Shown here: positions 48,577 through 63,876 of the stretch, piece after piece
Numbering within the stretch: the first letter of the stretch is position 1
How the letters are laid out: every line of letters starts with the position of its first letter
Source: Macrostomum lignano
Taxonomy: Eukaryota
Assembly (NCBI GenBank): GCA_002269645.1
Contig: NIVC01001567.1
Coordinates: 124,001 to 188,000, forward strand
Length of the DNA stretch: 64,000 nt
Direction: 5' to 3'
Translations under genes and position numbers: made by a program
Notes under the pieces: generated by a model
What the model was told of the DNA's origin: nothing
What the model saw: the letters and a program-made list of their open reading frames with translations, nothing else
Databases searched by the model: none

Positions 48577-50096
48577 ATGACCTTTTTAGCCAAAAATGTA
48601 TACCGCAAGAAGAATGTAAAAATAAAAATACAATGCGTATATATTGTCCGCTTGACAATTCGTTCTCCGACAAACTTTAAATTGCCAAAAGTTACGTTTT
48701 GAATTTTGGCGCGAAATGTAAATGTTCGAGCCAAGTACATGTTTCCTGTACTTTTGTTGGTGCTATTGAGGTGGGGGGGGGAGAAAATAAAAATCTTGAA
48801 CTTGGGAGCTTGGAGCGGTTTTCTTTAAACTTTAAACTGCCGCATTCGTGATCTTCGGCACTTGTAAAGCCGAAAAAAAATTTTGCAGAAAATTCGGACG
48901 CATTTCTCCTGCTTTACTCCGACTGCCGGGTTCCTCAGGTCCGGGGGGAGGGTAGTCGTAATCGTAACAGAGCGGTCGTTAGAGCGGCACGGTCGTTCAG
49001 ATGGTAGACACCGTAGATTTTGACACCGTAGAATTTGCGCGTTGAATGTGCTGATCTGCTTACTTTCAGTAGGGTAGAGCTGCCACCACCGTAATTTACG
49101 TATTACGGAACGTTGAAGTCTCAGACTTTCTTTGAGTTGAGAACTTGTTGTTTTACGCCCCACGGGCAAATAACTTAATATAGACTAACGAGGCTTCAGT
49201 TAATTGATAGGAAAATTAATAGCAGACTGTTTACGGTTTTATTAAGTCGACAAACGATAGTGAATAAGTATTGATGCGACAGAGAGCGAGATACGATCGA
49301 TGAAGTGCATCCGGCGTGCCGGGGTGCTAAACTAACTTATGATTCTTAAGCTTTATTGATAGACTAAACAGCTAATTAAAAGCTAAACACAAGAGGCAGA
49401 GGGGTAGGAGGATGAGAGGAGGAAAAGGTGGAGGAGGAAGAAGAAAAAATAAAAAGTAAAAAAGTAGGAAAGTTAGTAAAACGCTGCGATTTCGCATTGA
49501 TTAAATAATACACGGAGAAGTTAGGACACAAGTTGGGGTGAACAAGGCCAACACTGAGATCAGTTACGGGATCCAGCGGTGGTGCATCGATTGGAAAAAA
49601 CAAAATATTGAACCGAAAATAAGCAAAGTAAATTTGGCACGGGGGTGGGGCAACAGAAGGGACCACAGACGGGAAAGGGACAAACCACACAAGGGCGCAA
49701 CCGCGGGACCAACCAAAGGGGCAAACCCGGGAACGAGAGATGGCGGGACACGTCATTTCGCACCTCATGGTGGACAAAATGGGCCTAACCCGGGGACAAA
49801 GCAAAAAAACACCGGTGGTAGCCCACCTACCACACTATGCTGTGTGCACAGTGCAAACTCACACTGTCTCTGATGATTTATAGGCACGGTAGGTGGAACT
49901 ATAATAGAATAAAATTACCAGTAGAATGGGGCAAAAATAAAAGACGCGAAAAATAGGAGGCAAAGCGCTGGCGCGCTGGTGGCGGGCCAGCGTTGGGTCG
50001 AGCCAGATTTAGCTGTGCATTGCCACCCTCGGCCCGAGCCAGACACCCCTCCGGTGGCCCGAGCCCTTTTTTTCCACTGGGTAGCCTCACGTCATT

Positions 50097-50100
50097 ACTA

Positions 50101-50135
<35 letters not shown>

Positions 50136-50194
50136 CTAACTAACAAACTAAATAACTAACTGACTGACTAACTAACTAACTAACTAACTAACTG

Positions 50195-50227
<33 letters not shown>

Positions 50228-50327
50228 ATAACTAACTAACTAACCATCTAACTAACTAACTAACTATCTAACTAACTATCTAACTAACTAACCATCTAAC
50301 TAACTAACTAACTATCTAACTAACTAT

Positions 50328-50389
<62 letters not shown>

Positions 50390-50390
50390 G

Positions 50391-50429
<39 letters not shown>

Positions 50430-50502
50430 GACTAACTAACTAACTAACTAACTAAATAACTAACTGACTGACTAACTAACTAACTAACTAAATAACTAAC
50501 TG

Positions 50503-50539
<37 letters not shown>

Positions 50540-50554
50540 ATAACTAACTAACTG

Positions 50555-50590
<36 letters not shown>
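50097..50590 (+). repeat. (TAAC)n microsatellite, about 490 bp
   Basis: Read directly. Starts about 15 bp outside the right TIR. Confidence 0.97.
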
Positions 50591-50591
<1 letters not shown>

Positions 50592-50895
50592 GTAACTGGC
50601 AATATTCTGATTTAATATTCTCATGCAAAACATTTTTCTTCCTTTTTATTTATCCGCAGACGCAGACACAGAAGATAAGAAAGCTTAGCAACTACTAAAA
50701 TTGAATATTAAAAACGAGTTCAGTCAGAAACAATGGCAGTATAAAATCAGGGTACCTTCGGCACTGTGAGCAAAACATTTGCAAATTCGCACTTCTAAAT
50801 ATAAATAAAGCATATAACTCAAGAGGGAGATGCAGAGAGGCCAATAAGCTTTACAAAATGTCGTAGAGCTTATGAAAAATTTCTAATCGGGTCAA

Positions 50896-51948
50896 CTAAG
50901 GTAACGAAGAGAAAAAGTGTCGTATCTCAGCCTCTGCCATGGAAGCGTTGGCGATCGCTAGAGCTCTGATCACTCCCTTCAAAAATAAGTTGTTACCGTA
51001 AAAACGCCGGCCCACCGACAAGTAGAAGCAGCTATGCCGAACACTTGGGACAGGGTCGAGTTGCGTACTTCCTACGAAGCTGCCGCTGAAGTACAGAATT
51101 GCCGGCGCTGAGCTGCTGGGTTTGAAAACAATCCCAATGTCGATCCAAGACTCGCTGCTCGCCGGGAGCACATTTAATTGTGACTCTACTCGAAAATTTT
51201 CAGCCTCTGAACTTGTGCCAGAATTTGTGAAGTAGAACTGATTTGAGGAGCTATACTCCCAAAGATGAGGTCCGTAGGTGTTCTTGTCTGAGCAGGAAAC
51301 GGCTTCTAAGAACGGCTGGACCTTCGGCTGCCTCCTGAGCCTCATCAGCCACGTGAAGCTGGCCGACGGGTCGCTCGAGACGAAGCGACTGTCGTTGAGC
51401 AGCGCGTACGACGATGTCCCGTCGAAGCGGGCGCCCTCCTCAGTCCACTGCAGGTTCGCGCTCTCCAGTCGGTGGCTGCCGCCGCCGCCGCTGTCGCTCT
51501 GGCACACCAGGTTGCTGAACCGGCTGCTCCCACCTGCCAGCCACACGCCCACCAGCTGAGCGTCGAGCGAGGCGTCGCAGCTCGCCAACGACAACGCGCG
51601 ATACACCGAGCACTGCGACTGCTGCACTGCAGCTCCAGCTCCGATCGCGACGGCACCGCTTGCCTGCATCGTGCGACACACCTGCTGGTAGTGGAAGAGC
51701 GAGCACACACCTGTCTGCTTGTTCCACTCAAGCACCAGGTCGTCAGGCTCGCTGCTCGCTTTCAACACGCAGGCTTGCAGGCTTTGTGAGCTCCATCGAG
51801 TCAGCGCCGAGGTCTCGTTGAGGCAGTGCGGCATCCGGTACTGGCACCAGCGCCTGCGGCAGCTCGTCGAGTCAGCAAGAGGCAGCAGCAGAAGAAGAGC
51901 GGCTGTCAAGACGACTTTGCAGCTGTGGGTTTTGCCCGGTGACTCCAT
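50896..51948 (-). CDS. Secreted PAN-like + LamG/ConA-like protein, paralog C (350 aa from MESPGK)
   Basis: ATG at 51948; signal peptide VVLTAALLLLLPLADS; same domain motifs; ends in TAG. Confidence 0.85.
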   Translation of the reverse strand: MESPGKTHSCKVVLTAALLLLLPLADSTSCRRRWCQYRMPHCLNETSALTRWSSQSLQACVLKASSEPDDLVLEWNKQTGVCSLFHYQQVCRTMQASGAVAIGAGAAVQQSQCSVYRALSLASCDASLDAQLVGVWLAGGSSRFSNLVCQSDSGGGGSHRLESANLQWTEEGARFDGTSSYALLNDSRFVSSDPSASFTWLMRLRRQPKVQPFLEAVSCSDKNTYGPHLWEYSSSNQFYFTNSGTSSEAENFRVESQLNVLPASSESWIDIGIVFKPSSSAPAILYFSGSFVGSTQLDPVPSVRHSCFYLSVGRRFYGNNLFLKGVIRALAIANASMAEAEIRHFFSSLP

Positions 51949-54233
51949 TTTGCTTTGCGGCCTAGCGGTGCTGAGCACGAGAAGTTGCGCGTGGGTTTTG
52001 CCGCTCCGTTCTGACTAAATTGCTTCAGCTTGTCTTCTCTGGCTCTCCGCAGCGGAGTGGGGAGGGGAGTGGCTTGGCCATAGCGACAGGGGAGCTCGCT
52101 TGCTTCTTATGAGATGCGGGCAAAGCGTTGATGGGCTGCGCTGGGGTAGTCAGTGGGGTGGCCAGCAGTTTCCAGCCATTGCCATTAATCAGCTGCATTT
52201 TATTTGATGCGGGGGCCAGAGCTCTGCAGGCTCCCTGCGTGGGCAGCAGGTTCTCTTCATCATCGCTATTGAAGTTGCTTTATGTCTCTCTTGATTAGTC
52301 CCTATCTCCATCCTCCCATCCCGTGGGCAGTTGTTGCAGCTCTGAATTTTTCATGAGTCAGCAAGGGTGCGATATAGGCTGCGTGCTATAGCTGGTTTTA
52401 TAGCCATTAGCTGCCACGATGCAAAGGCTGTTGAGGTTGTTGTTGTTGATGTTGAGGCAGCATGTAGATGTGCATTGTGGCCTGGGTAAGGGGGCAATAA
52501 CGGCATCCAAGGTTCAACCCTTCTACTTACTTACATGGATGTCCATGTTAAAGTCGGGGTGGGCATGTTAAAAGGTAATTACCATTAGTTTAAAAAAATT
52601 TTTTAATTTGTTAATGAGCAATGATATGCGAGCTATCTCTATGCTCTCTGCGGGTGAATATGTAACAGTGTACTTCCGAGTGCATCGCACATGTAGTTGC
52701 AAAGGGGTAGTGGTTAACGTCTCTTGCATCGAGGAATGAGGTTCCCGACGAGGCCAATTGACAATGTAGACGGGCCGGAATTTTCAGCAGGACGTTGAAT
52801 CCGAACAAGATCATGGGGATCTGGCAGAGCCGGTACAGCTGCAGAAGAAGCACAATCGCTCGAGTGGTAAGTCTCGCCAAAGTCTCGATTACATGTAGGC
52901 TGTCCAGTCCAGGCAAAGTCTTTAGCGACGCAGGGATCGCAGCAGAAATATGTTGGTCAGCACGGCGACGGCTACCGGAGTGACCGTCTGCAGCCCGTAG
53001 TTCTCCATGGTTTTGTACTGGGAACACGTGGACAGTGGATTACCAAAGTAGCCGAGCTCACTCTCCAGATGAAGAAAGCCAAGCAGGCGGCTGTCCGGTT
53101 TCTGGAGAACCACAGTTTGGCGCGGATAGGCCAGCGAATCTTGACGCCGCGCACCTCAGAACAGCATTGTCCAGCTGTGCGCGGTCAGAAACGGCGCCCC
53201 CAGCACCAACGCAATCGAGTGAGCCTACACGACAAAGTTGACGAACTCGGAGCTCCAAGCCGGCACAGACTCCAGCGTGTGACAGGCGTTGTCGATGGTG
53301 TTTCCGAGCATGAAATATCGTGTCCGTAACGGCCAGAGCCACAAAAGCGATGCAGTTGCACACCACCGCCACAACAACAACACAAGGCACACCAAATTCT
53401 GGAGAATGTTAAACGTTACGTAGAACAAGATGGGCAAGAGTTGATTCTGGTGCGACCAGCGCTGATGCTCAGCTTCTGCTTTGCGACTAGCTGCCAAGGC
53501 TGGTCGATGCTGAGCTGAGCAGTTCAATAGGCATCTATGTTTTATATTATGCGATTTCTACTCGTAATATAATGCACCAGATCTCTAGGTTATCGGCGAA
53601 TGAGACTGTTTGGCTTCATCTAGCGATGCTTGAGAAACTTCATCCCATAAAAGATTCTTCTTCTACAGTTCTGCAACCAACATACTTTATTGTTGGAATT
53701 TTGGTCACCTCAGAGGTGCTTGTCAAGAATTGATATTTAATAATTATGTAGCGATAGCAGATTTCAAGCAGACGATTTCATAACGCGTAGAGACGAAGAG
53801 AGTACAGTACTATCTTTTGTGAGCTGCGTCATTTACGTAGTATTTTCAAAGTCAGTATTTATGTAGTTTTTCATCGGTGCCCCGACAGTGACCCCATTGG
53901 TCACCATACAGCGCCTCCATCAGTAAAACTACAGCGCCTCCATCAGTGACCCTCCAACGACCTGACCAATGTCTGCTATTCAACGATCTTTATTAAGCAA
54001 CACCTGAATAACAGCAAACACTCCGGTTTCAGCTGTCAATTGGACTAGCCAACCCCAATAGGGACACTTGAGTAAGCGAAAAAAAGTTTTTTTTTCAACA
54101 GCCAATATCGCGATGTGGGAATTAAGGGTTGGACTGACGGACACCATCAAGTATATAAATACTGACGGGACAGTGTTGGGTGAAACAGCATCCGAAAGGC
54201 AGACTAGTGAGTATGTTTTTGAAGGCCTTGACA

Positions 54234-56398
<2,165 letters not shown>

Positions 56399-57120
56399 AC
56401 CAGAACTGAGTTCAAAACTCAGAATTTTAAGAAAACTACGCGCCGATTTACGCTTTACAATTCAATGAGACTGGGGCATCTCAAATCTAAACTTAAGTAC
56501 CTTTGTTTGGAAAAATTATATAAACTTGTCCAGTAACAGGCATAAATTTTCAATACAATGTTCCTATTGACTTTGAGAATGAGATTGACAGCATCGAGAG
56601 TTTTGTAGGGCGCTTCTCCGTGAAATTAAAAGTGAATAAGGGCCTGGGGCTAATAAACAAGATGGACTAAGCTGACATTGATAAGCCTCATCTCAATGTG
56701 TCTGAGTCCTGTGCCAACATGGCTATTTTTTTGTACTCAACAACTCCTCAAAACAAGTTCTCGCAAAACAAGAATGAGAATCTACACACCTGGGCAGGAT
56801 TGCCGTCAGCACTGGATATTGTGGGCCAGCAATGGAGGGTTCACCTAAAGTCATTAGACACAGAACAGGTAAACCAAGGCTTCACAGAAATTGAATTGAA
56901 CTCCTCTGAAAGTCCAAGGGCAACTTTCATGCCACGTGTTTGTGATCTTGTGATCGTTTCATTAGATTAATTTTTGTGCAACGCCAATCAGGTACAGAAT
57001 TTAGCTTGGGTGGGGATATATTGAAAAAGCGAAGAATGAAGTAAGCGGCTTTAATATTTGGCTTTAATAGTTTGAGTTTCTTGTCTGACTATCAAGCTGC
57101 AATTAAAGCGGCCGATGTTT

Positions 57121-58176
57121 TCAAGGCAGCACAGAGAAGAACTCATTGATTTCTGCCAGCGTCATTGAGGTGTTGGCGACAGCCACGGCTCGAACGACTC
57201 CATTGAGACTGGTGCCTCCTCCGGCGAACCTGCGACCCACCGACAGGAACTGGTAGGGCAGCTGATGATCGGCTTGTTCAGTGGCGCTGCTGACAGAGAC
57301 AAAACTGCCGCTAAAGTACATTGACGACAGAGTTGAGTTGCCGGCTTTGACGGTGACCCCGATGTTGATCCACGATTCGTCGCTCGCTGGCAGCAGATTT
57401 TCATTGTCGGAGTACAGCACGAACCTGCTGCTTTCGGAATTTTATATCGTTTTGCTGATATAAAGCCTATTGACCGAATCGTACTCCCAAAAGTGGGACC
57501 CCACTATAACCAAGTTTGAGCAGGACACAGCCTCCATGAAGGGCTGGATCCTCGACTGCCTCTTGAGCCTCATCAGCCACGTGAAGCTGGCCGACGGGTC
57601 GCTCGAGACGAAGCGATTGTCGTTGAGCAGCGCGTACGACGATGTCCCGTCGAAGCGGGCGCCCTCCTCAGTCCACTGCAGGTTCGCGCTCTCCAGTCGG
57701 TGGCTGCCGCCGCCGCCGCTGTCGCTCTGGCACACCAGGTTGCTGAACCGGCTGCTCCCACCTGCCAGCCACACGCCCACCAGCTGAGCGTCGAGCGAGG
57801 CGTCGCAGCTCGCCAACGACAACGCGCGATACACCGAGCACTGCGACTGCTGCACTGCAGCTCCAGCTCCGATCGCGACGGCACCACTTGCCTGCATCGT
57901 GCGACACACCTGCTGGTAGTGGAAGAGCGAGCACACACCTGTCTGCTTGTTCCACTCAAGCACCAGGTCGTCAGGCTCGTTGCTCGCTTTCAACACGCAG
58001 GCTTGCAGGCTTTGCGAGCTCCATCGAGTCAGCGCCGAGGTCTCGTTGAGGCAGTGCGGCATCCGGTACTGGCACCAGCGCCTGCGGCAGCTCGTCGAGT
58101 CAGCAAGAGGCAGCAGCAGAAGAAGAGCGGCTGTCATGATGATTTTGCAGCTGTAATTTTTGCCCGGTGACTCCAT
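57121..58176 (-). pseudogene. PAN-like + LamG paralog D with a 1-nt deletion near 57445 (or an assembly error)
   Basis: Track ORFs 57442..58203 and 57121..57420 join into a full-length paralog if one base is restored at LYISKT-xx-NSESSRF. Confidence 0.85.
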
Positions 58177-59239
58177 TTTTTGCGGCTTAGCGGTGCTGAG
58201 CACGAGAAGTTGCGCTTGGGTTTTCGCCGCTCCGTTCCAATTAAATGGCTTCAGCTTGTCTTCTCTGGCTCTCCGCAGCGGAGTGGGGAGGGGAGTGGCG
58301 TGGCCATAGCGACATCCAGTGGCGGCTCCTGATCTGCATGAGCCTCTGCATCCAGCAGCTTACTCGATCTAGTTCCCATTCCCAGTGAGGCAGGGAGTCC
58401 TGCATTTGTCAAGAGGTGGGGAGGGGCAGCCCTGGCATGTTGCCGCAACAAGCAGTAAAGCGTATCAGGGGTGGCCCAGTATCGATTAATTCGGTGTACA
58501 TCGGTAAGCTCAGTTCTCAAATAAGTTGACTTGTGGCTCACTGTTGAGAGCAAAGCTTTTTAGAGGCAGAAGCAGCGAAATCCTAAGGATGCAACCTCAA
58601 CTGCCCGGACTTCCGCGTTGCCATTCCACTGATAGCTAAATCAGAAGGACACCCCACTCTTCCACTTTCGCTGGAAGTTGTTTTCGCTTCTACATATAAA
58701 TGCATTGGGAAGTCCTCTGTTTCTAGCGAAACTTCCGGTTTCAAACTCAAGTAAATCTCACAAGAGACCCCAAATGCTCAAAACTGAAAACTTTCTATCT
58801 GACTAAACGTATGAGCAATGGGCAGTGAAAACTGGCTTCAATGCGAAATTCGAACCACTTGGTCCTATCTTAGAAGTTTTCACGTTGCTTTGATATGAAG
58901 AATTCTATTTTTTCCTATTATTATGTTCTAAGATCGATCAGAAATACGAGTAAAAAGGTTTTCTGAACTGAAACTTGTTGAACGTCAGTTCCGAAAACAG
59001 GGCCTTCGACTGCTGTCCAACGTTTTCGTGGGAATCTCAATGTGACTTTCAAATGATCCTTTAATAAAAACTTACGGGGCAACTGCATTCAATGATTTTA
59101 ATTTCAAAATTTCTTTGAAACCAAGTCTCAGGGGATTTCGCTCGATTTCGACTGCTTATTGCAGTCAAGAGACGTTGTCCAGTTCTGCTAGCTGTTCAGA
59201 CAGGGAGCTGCGGCAACTGCGGTGCCATGACTCGATTAG

Positions 59240-59382
59240 GCAAAGTTGGCAACTCGGCTCTCTTCTGAGCCTCATCAGTCACGTGAAGCTGGCCGACGGG
59301 TCGCTGGAGACGAACCGACTGTCTTTGAGCCGCGCGTACGACGATGTCCCGTCGAAGCGGTCGCCCTCCTCAGTCCACTGAC
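59240..59382 (-). pseudogene. PAN-like + LamG paralog E, short remnant
   Basis: QWTEEGDRFDGTSSYARLKDSRFVSSDPSASFT*LMRLRREP on the minus strand. Confidence 0.85.
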
Positions 59383-60605
59383 TTTATCGGCCATTGCGTG
59401 AAGTTCGGAGCAGCGGTAAAGTGTAGTCGTTATCTTGCACAGTACCATTCATTTCCTTGTAGCTTCCAACCTGCCCTTTTCAAATCAAAGCAACCAACCA
59501 CCCAGTGCTTCAGTCAGGTTTCTTCTCAATAGCTCGAATTAGCTACCCCAATGAGAGCAGGGGCGCGCCGGGGATTTTATGGTGTGGGGAGAGCAAAGTC
59601 AAGAATTCTACATGACTAAATTCCAACATGTACATTTTTTTGAGAATCGGTGTTGCTAGCGCTCATATTGGCACCCTGAAGCAAATTATTGATTTCCACA
59701 ACGGCTCACAAGGTGGGGGTTGGGGGGACAAAGCATTGGCATGTCCTCCATAGCCTTTACTGGGAGGGGGCTTGGGGCATATCCTGTCAGTGGAGACTAT
59801 AGCAAGCCCACCTGGCTCTCATTAATAATTAATATACACAATTTAGCTTGACTTACTATCAGTGAAGATAGATAGTTATAACGAGAAGCCATTGTCCAGA
59901 GTTTTACAATCTTTATGGAGGCACGAAATAGCAGAGTTTAATAGCTGGAATGCATGAATAAGCGTCTACAAGCTTCGTGATAGGAATTTTTGTCCTTGAA
60001 AGCAGTGAAGTTTTAAAATCATCTGTAGTCCAACAGTCATTTTTATAGCTTGGTGTCTACCCAATGACACCTCAGGCTGGTGCTGCCGGCCCTCCGGCCT
60101 GTTTCTCCTCTGCAACCTAATACATATGTATATGCGATATGTCTACTCACGTATAATTTCTGTGCTTGTATGGTGGACTGCTAAAGTCCCGACGTGTTTA
60201 ATGTGGTCTGATGTACCTATGATGTAGTCTGATGTGTATTTGATGCAGTCTGATGTGTCCGTGATGTTTTCTGATGTGTCTAGCTAAGAGGATCAATATT
60301 ATAGCTTCATACTTCACCCTTTGACAACGTAATATTTCAGCTGAATTTCAGTACAATGTAAAGTGCTCATTTTTCAGCGACGTCGATAAACAGTTAACAC
60401 ACCTGACTTCTTCCAGAAAATTTTTGAAACAATATTTTAGTAAACTCGTGTTAGCAAGGCTAGCTATGCCCCGTTTAAACAAATTAATTGGTCGATTGAT
60501 TAAAGATCGCTTTTTAATAAAAACAGTAAAGATTACTTCAATAACTTATAGTACGACAATTAAGTAATATAAATCTAAACATTTATATTAAAAAAATATT
60601 CTGAG

Positions 60606-61675
60606 TCAGGATAGGCCGTGGAACGGCGGAGCCCTGCCAGTCTGCAACCAATCCGACACCAGTCGAGCATTTTGCGCCACATTCAGCATCTGACGCGACA
60701 TCACGCTGGCCAAATCGTTCTGACGCAACCGCTGCTCTGTTGTGTCTCTGCGCACTCGCCTGGTCAGGTCAAGTAGCCACTCGGCGTTGGCAAGACGATC
60801 GCGAACCTGTCCACAGTCATCGCACCTGGCGGGATCGTGACCCGTGGCTGAAAGCAGCCGACGACCTCCGCGACGGAGACTGTCGACTCGAAGCTGTTCA
60901 ATTGCTAGGCGAGGTACTTCGAAGTTGACGGCGTTGAACAAAACGGAAAGTAGTAGCAGCTCGATGGCGGAGGATCCATTGCGGTTGATTCGGCAGTCGA
61001 AGGCTGCCTCAGTCGAAGTCGCCTCAGCAGCGCCGCAGCAGCTGCCTCAGCGGTTCGCTCGTCGTACACGTATCCGGGCTTCAGCATCGCTGCTGGCTGA
61101 GTTGCCTGCGACGACACTGTTGACTCCGACGAGTCGCTGTCAGCCAGTCGAATCAAACGCTCGCGAGCGTTGTCCAAGAAGCGATGCTCCGCCTGGCCCT
61201 CGGCGTGCGCCTCCGTCAACTCTTCGATAAAGATTATGTGCATTCGACTCATCGTGCGGTTTAAAGCGTCGCTACTTGAAGAGGACGAGTTGCTCCGACT
61301 TCTGCTGCTACTGCTGCTGCTGGTTGCAGTTGGTCGGCGGCGAGTACCTGTGCCAGTGCCAGTGCCTGTGCCTGTGCCTGTGCCTGTTGTTGTCGCCTCA
61401 AAGCTGCTCGAGTAGCTCGCGTTGATGGTTGAACGCCGGGACCTCGCGGTCAGCTGATCAGCGGGCTGCTGATGATGTTGGCCAGGTCGATCAGCGACAC
61501 TGTCTACTTCTAAATCGCTGCTCTCGTCCGAGACTTCTTCGAATTCCGGCGCATATATGCAGATCAAACGCTTGGATTGCCTGTCGTGATGGCGATATGA
61601 TACGGCAGGCTGCTTGTTCAGCTCGTCTTTTACGAACGACGAAGACTGAGTTTCAGACTGCTTTGAGTTCGAGGA

Positions 61676-61707
<32 letters not shown>

Positions 61708-61768
61708 TAGCGATGGAGCTCTGAAAGTCTTCCGCATAGCTGCCAGCGGTCGCCAATGAGTCAGTCAT
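60606..61768 (-). CDS. Intronless Ser/Thr-rich hypothetical protein, apparently frameshifted near 61030
   Basis: 287-aa ATG ORF overlapping a second frame (AAFDCRINRNG..ELLLLSVLFNAVNFEVPRL..CDDCGQVRDRL..). GC-rich with poly-Ser and (TG)n runs. No domain recognised. Confidence 0.4.
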
Positions 61769-63876
61769 GCTTTCAATATTTTTTACCTTTTCCTTAGCTT
61801 CATTTAGCTTAGTGGTGACTACAGCTTTAATACGAGATAAATGGAAAAGACTAGCTTAAATTAGTGACCGTGCGGTTCTCTCTACATTCTCTTCCTGCTC
61901 TGCTCCGCAGCACGGGCTGTTCAAAGCAGGGGGTGAGCTGTACTGAGTGTACTCTCTGCTAATTGTACAGCTTACCTGTAGAGAAAAGGACGAATTTGCT
62001 TTCCTATCCTATCCTGCAGAGCTACCTTCATGTAGCACTGTACACTGTACAGTCCTGCCCGGCCCCGCGGTACTGATGATGAGCAAGGTCGAGCAGCAAA
62101 GCCTCCTCCTCTGCGGCAGTTCAATCTCTCTTTAAAAATCGCAAGCTTTCTATCACACCTTACACTACTAGCGTAAATGGCCAGTCTTATTCTAAACATC
62201 GTTCTTCATCTTTCTACGATTTAGAAGTATGTCGCGCGCTGTCGTTTCATTTACATCTGTATCCGCCATTTACCTTCCGTAGCCTAGAGAGAAAGATTCA
62301 TGTGGACTTTGTGGAATGGAAGATGCATGGGAGGTCACCCCTCGCTGCTCGTATTTCAAGCCGAAGATCAGATTTTTACGTGATCAATAGCTAGGCTAAA
62401 CGGTGTTCGCTATTAATGTAAAAGTATTGAGATTACACAGCTTTGCTCATTCAGCGCCTAAATATTTCGGTTGGTTGCATTTTTGCATCAAAGACGACAG
62501 ACGTGGATCTTCAGGTCCGGCCCTCAATGCATGTATATGCTCATGCAGAGCTAATATCAGGCTGATGCATAATTGGATCCTTTCTTCCCTATTTGTGATC
62601 ATTTTGGATGCCTGTGGCATAACCAAGCCAGTATCATTATAAAAATTCATTACATGTATATTATTACCAATTGGCGGAGTTGGTGCAGACTGCTGCAGGT
62701 GTTAAGCTGTTTGCGAGAGTTTTGAGTTTTTGAGAGTTTCATGCGCTTATGCACTCTTAGCATTTGGGCTAATTGTTGACTAAAATGGATGGGTGCGAAG
62801 TATGTATAGTGTGCCATTGTGCATAAATAATAGGAGCTTCATTTACTGAACATGCAGTTATACTGCCTTACATAGTTTACTGAAATACGTACCATCAGTT
62901 ACAAAATTTCCAGAGTATAGATGTTATCTAGATGTTACCCGCGCATCTCGTCATCTCATGACGTTTCTGCATGCTGTTTAAGCAGTTTAATGAATATCGA
63001 CACAATGAGTTGCAAGAGGAAATATTTTGTGCTGGATGAGTAAAAATTAAGTCTACAAGATTAAATGACGATGAGTTACATGAAAATCGGCCTCCAACAT
63101 TTTCTTTAATCGCCAATTTTTTACTCAGTATTTCTTTTCCGGCTTGTCCTTGCGTTTTTTGTTTTTACTACTAGTGCTAATTGGTTCGTTTTTGAATGTT
63201 TAAGGACTTGTACCGCTAGCGATTCAGTTGAGAAAAAATAGTTTTATTTTGTGCAGCGATTATTGTAAGATGATTTGTCCGGAACATTGAAACTTCAAAG
63301 CTAATGACGAGGAATCGTAATTTTTTTTACAAAACTAGAACACTTTCGATTGCATTTTTAAAAGTAGTTATTTTACAGAGTTTTAAACAGCAGTGTTCAT
63401 TTGTTTTACGCTGCAAAAATATGCTTATATTTTAAATCACGCATTTGAACTCTAACTATATATATGTTTTAACATTCGACTGACTGATCGATGATATGAT
63501 ATTGATAATAATGATAATGATACATTTATTTTGGGTTCCAGCACTCTAAGCTGAATATCCAGTCTTAGTTAATTATTCGATTTTAGGAATATAATATCTA
63601 TTTAAATAATATATTTTAATATACATTAGGCCTATGCAACAATAAATTTAAAGATAGTAAAAAACATTAGACAATCAAATTTCCTGTAAAAAAAAAAAAA
63701 CTGATTCAATGCACTATGCACACAATAGTGCTTAATTTCTATTTAAATAGTAGGGAGTTAAGTCATAGGGACTCCAGTAAGATTTTGAGGTTATTTTTAG
63801 TAATTCTTCTCCTTTCATTTGGATGTAGTGTAGCCTCATTTAGGCCTATCATGTAATATGGCAACAAAGATATTTT

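Larger units (their letters stand above)
45084..50081 (+). mobile_element. ~5.0-kb non-autonomous CACTA/EnSpm-like DNA transposon (31-bp TIRs, TA TSD)
   Basis: TA|CCCAGTGGAAAAAAATGGCTCGGGCCACCGG ... CCGGTGGCCCGAGCCCTTTTTTTCCACTGGG|TA, one mismatch. Contains a DUF4806/BEN-like ORF but no transposase. Confidence 0.85.

Noticed and set aside
50097-50590. (TAAC)n as an interstitial telomere
   Set aside because: The reverse complement is (TTAG)n, not TTAGGG or TTAGG; it is a simple tetranucleotide microsatellite.
52611-53527. Cluster of overlapping 60-138 aa ORFs
   Set aside because: No recognisable motif in any frame. Probably a decayed element; cannot be supported as a gene.
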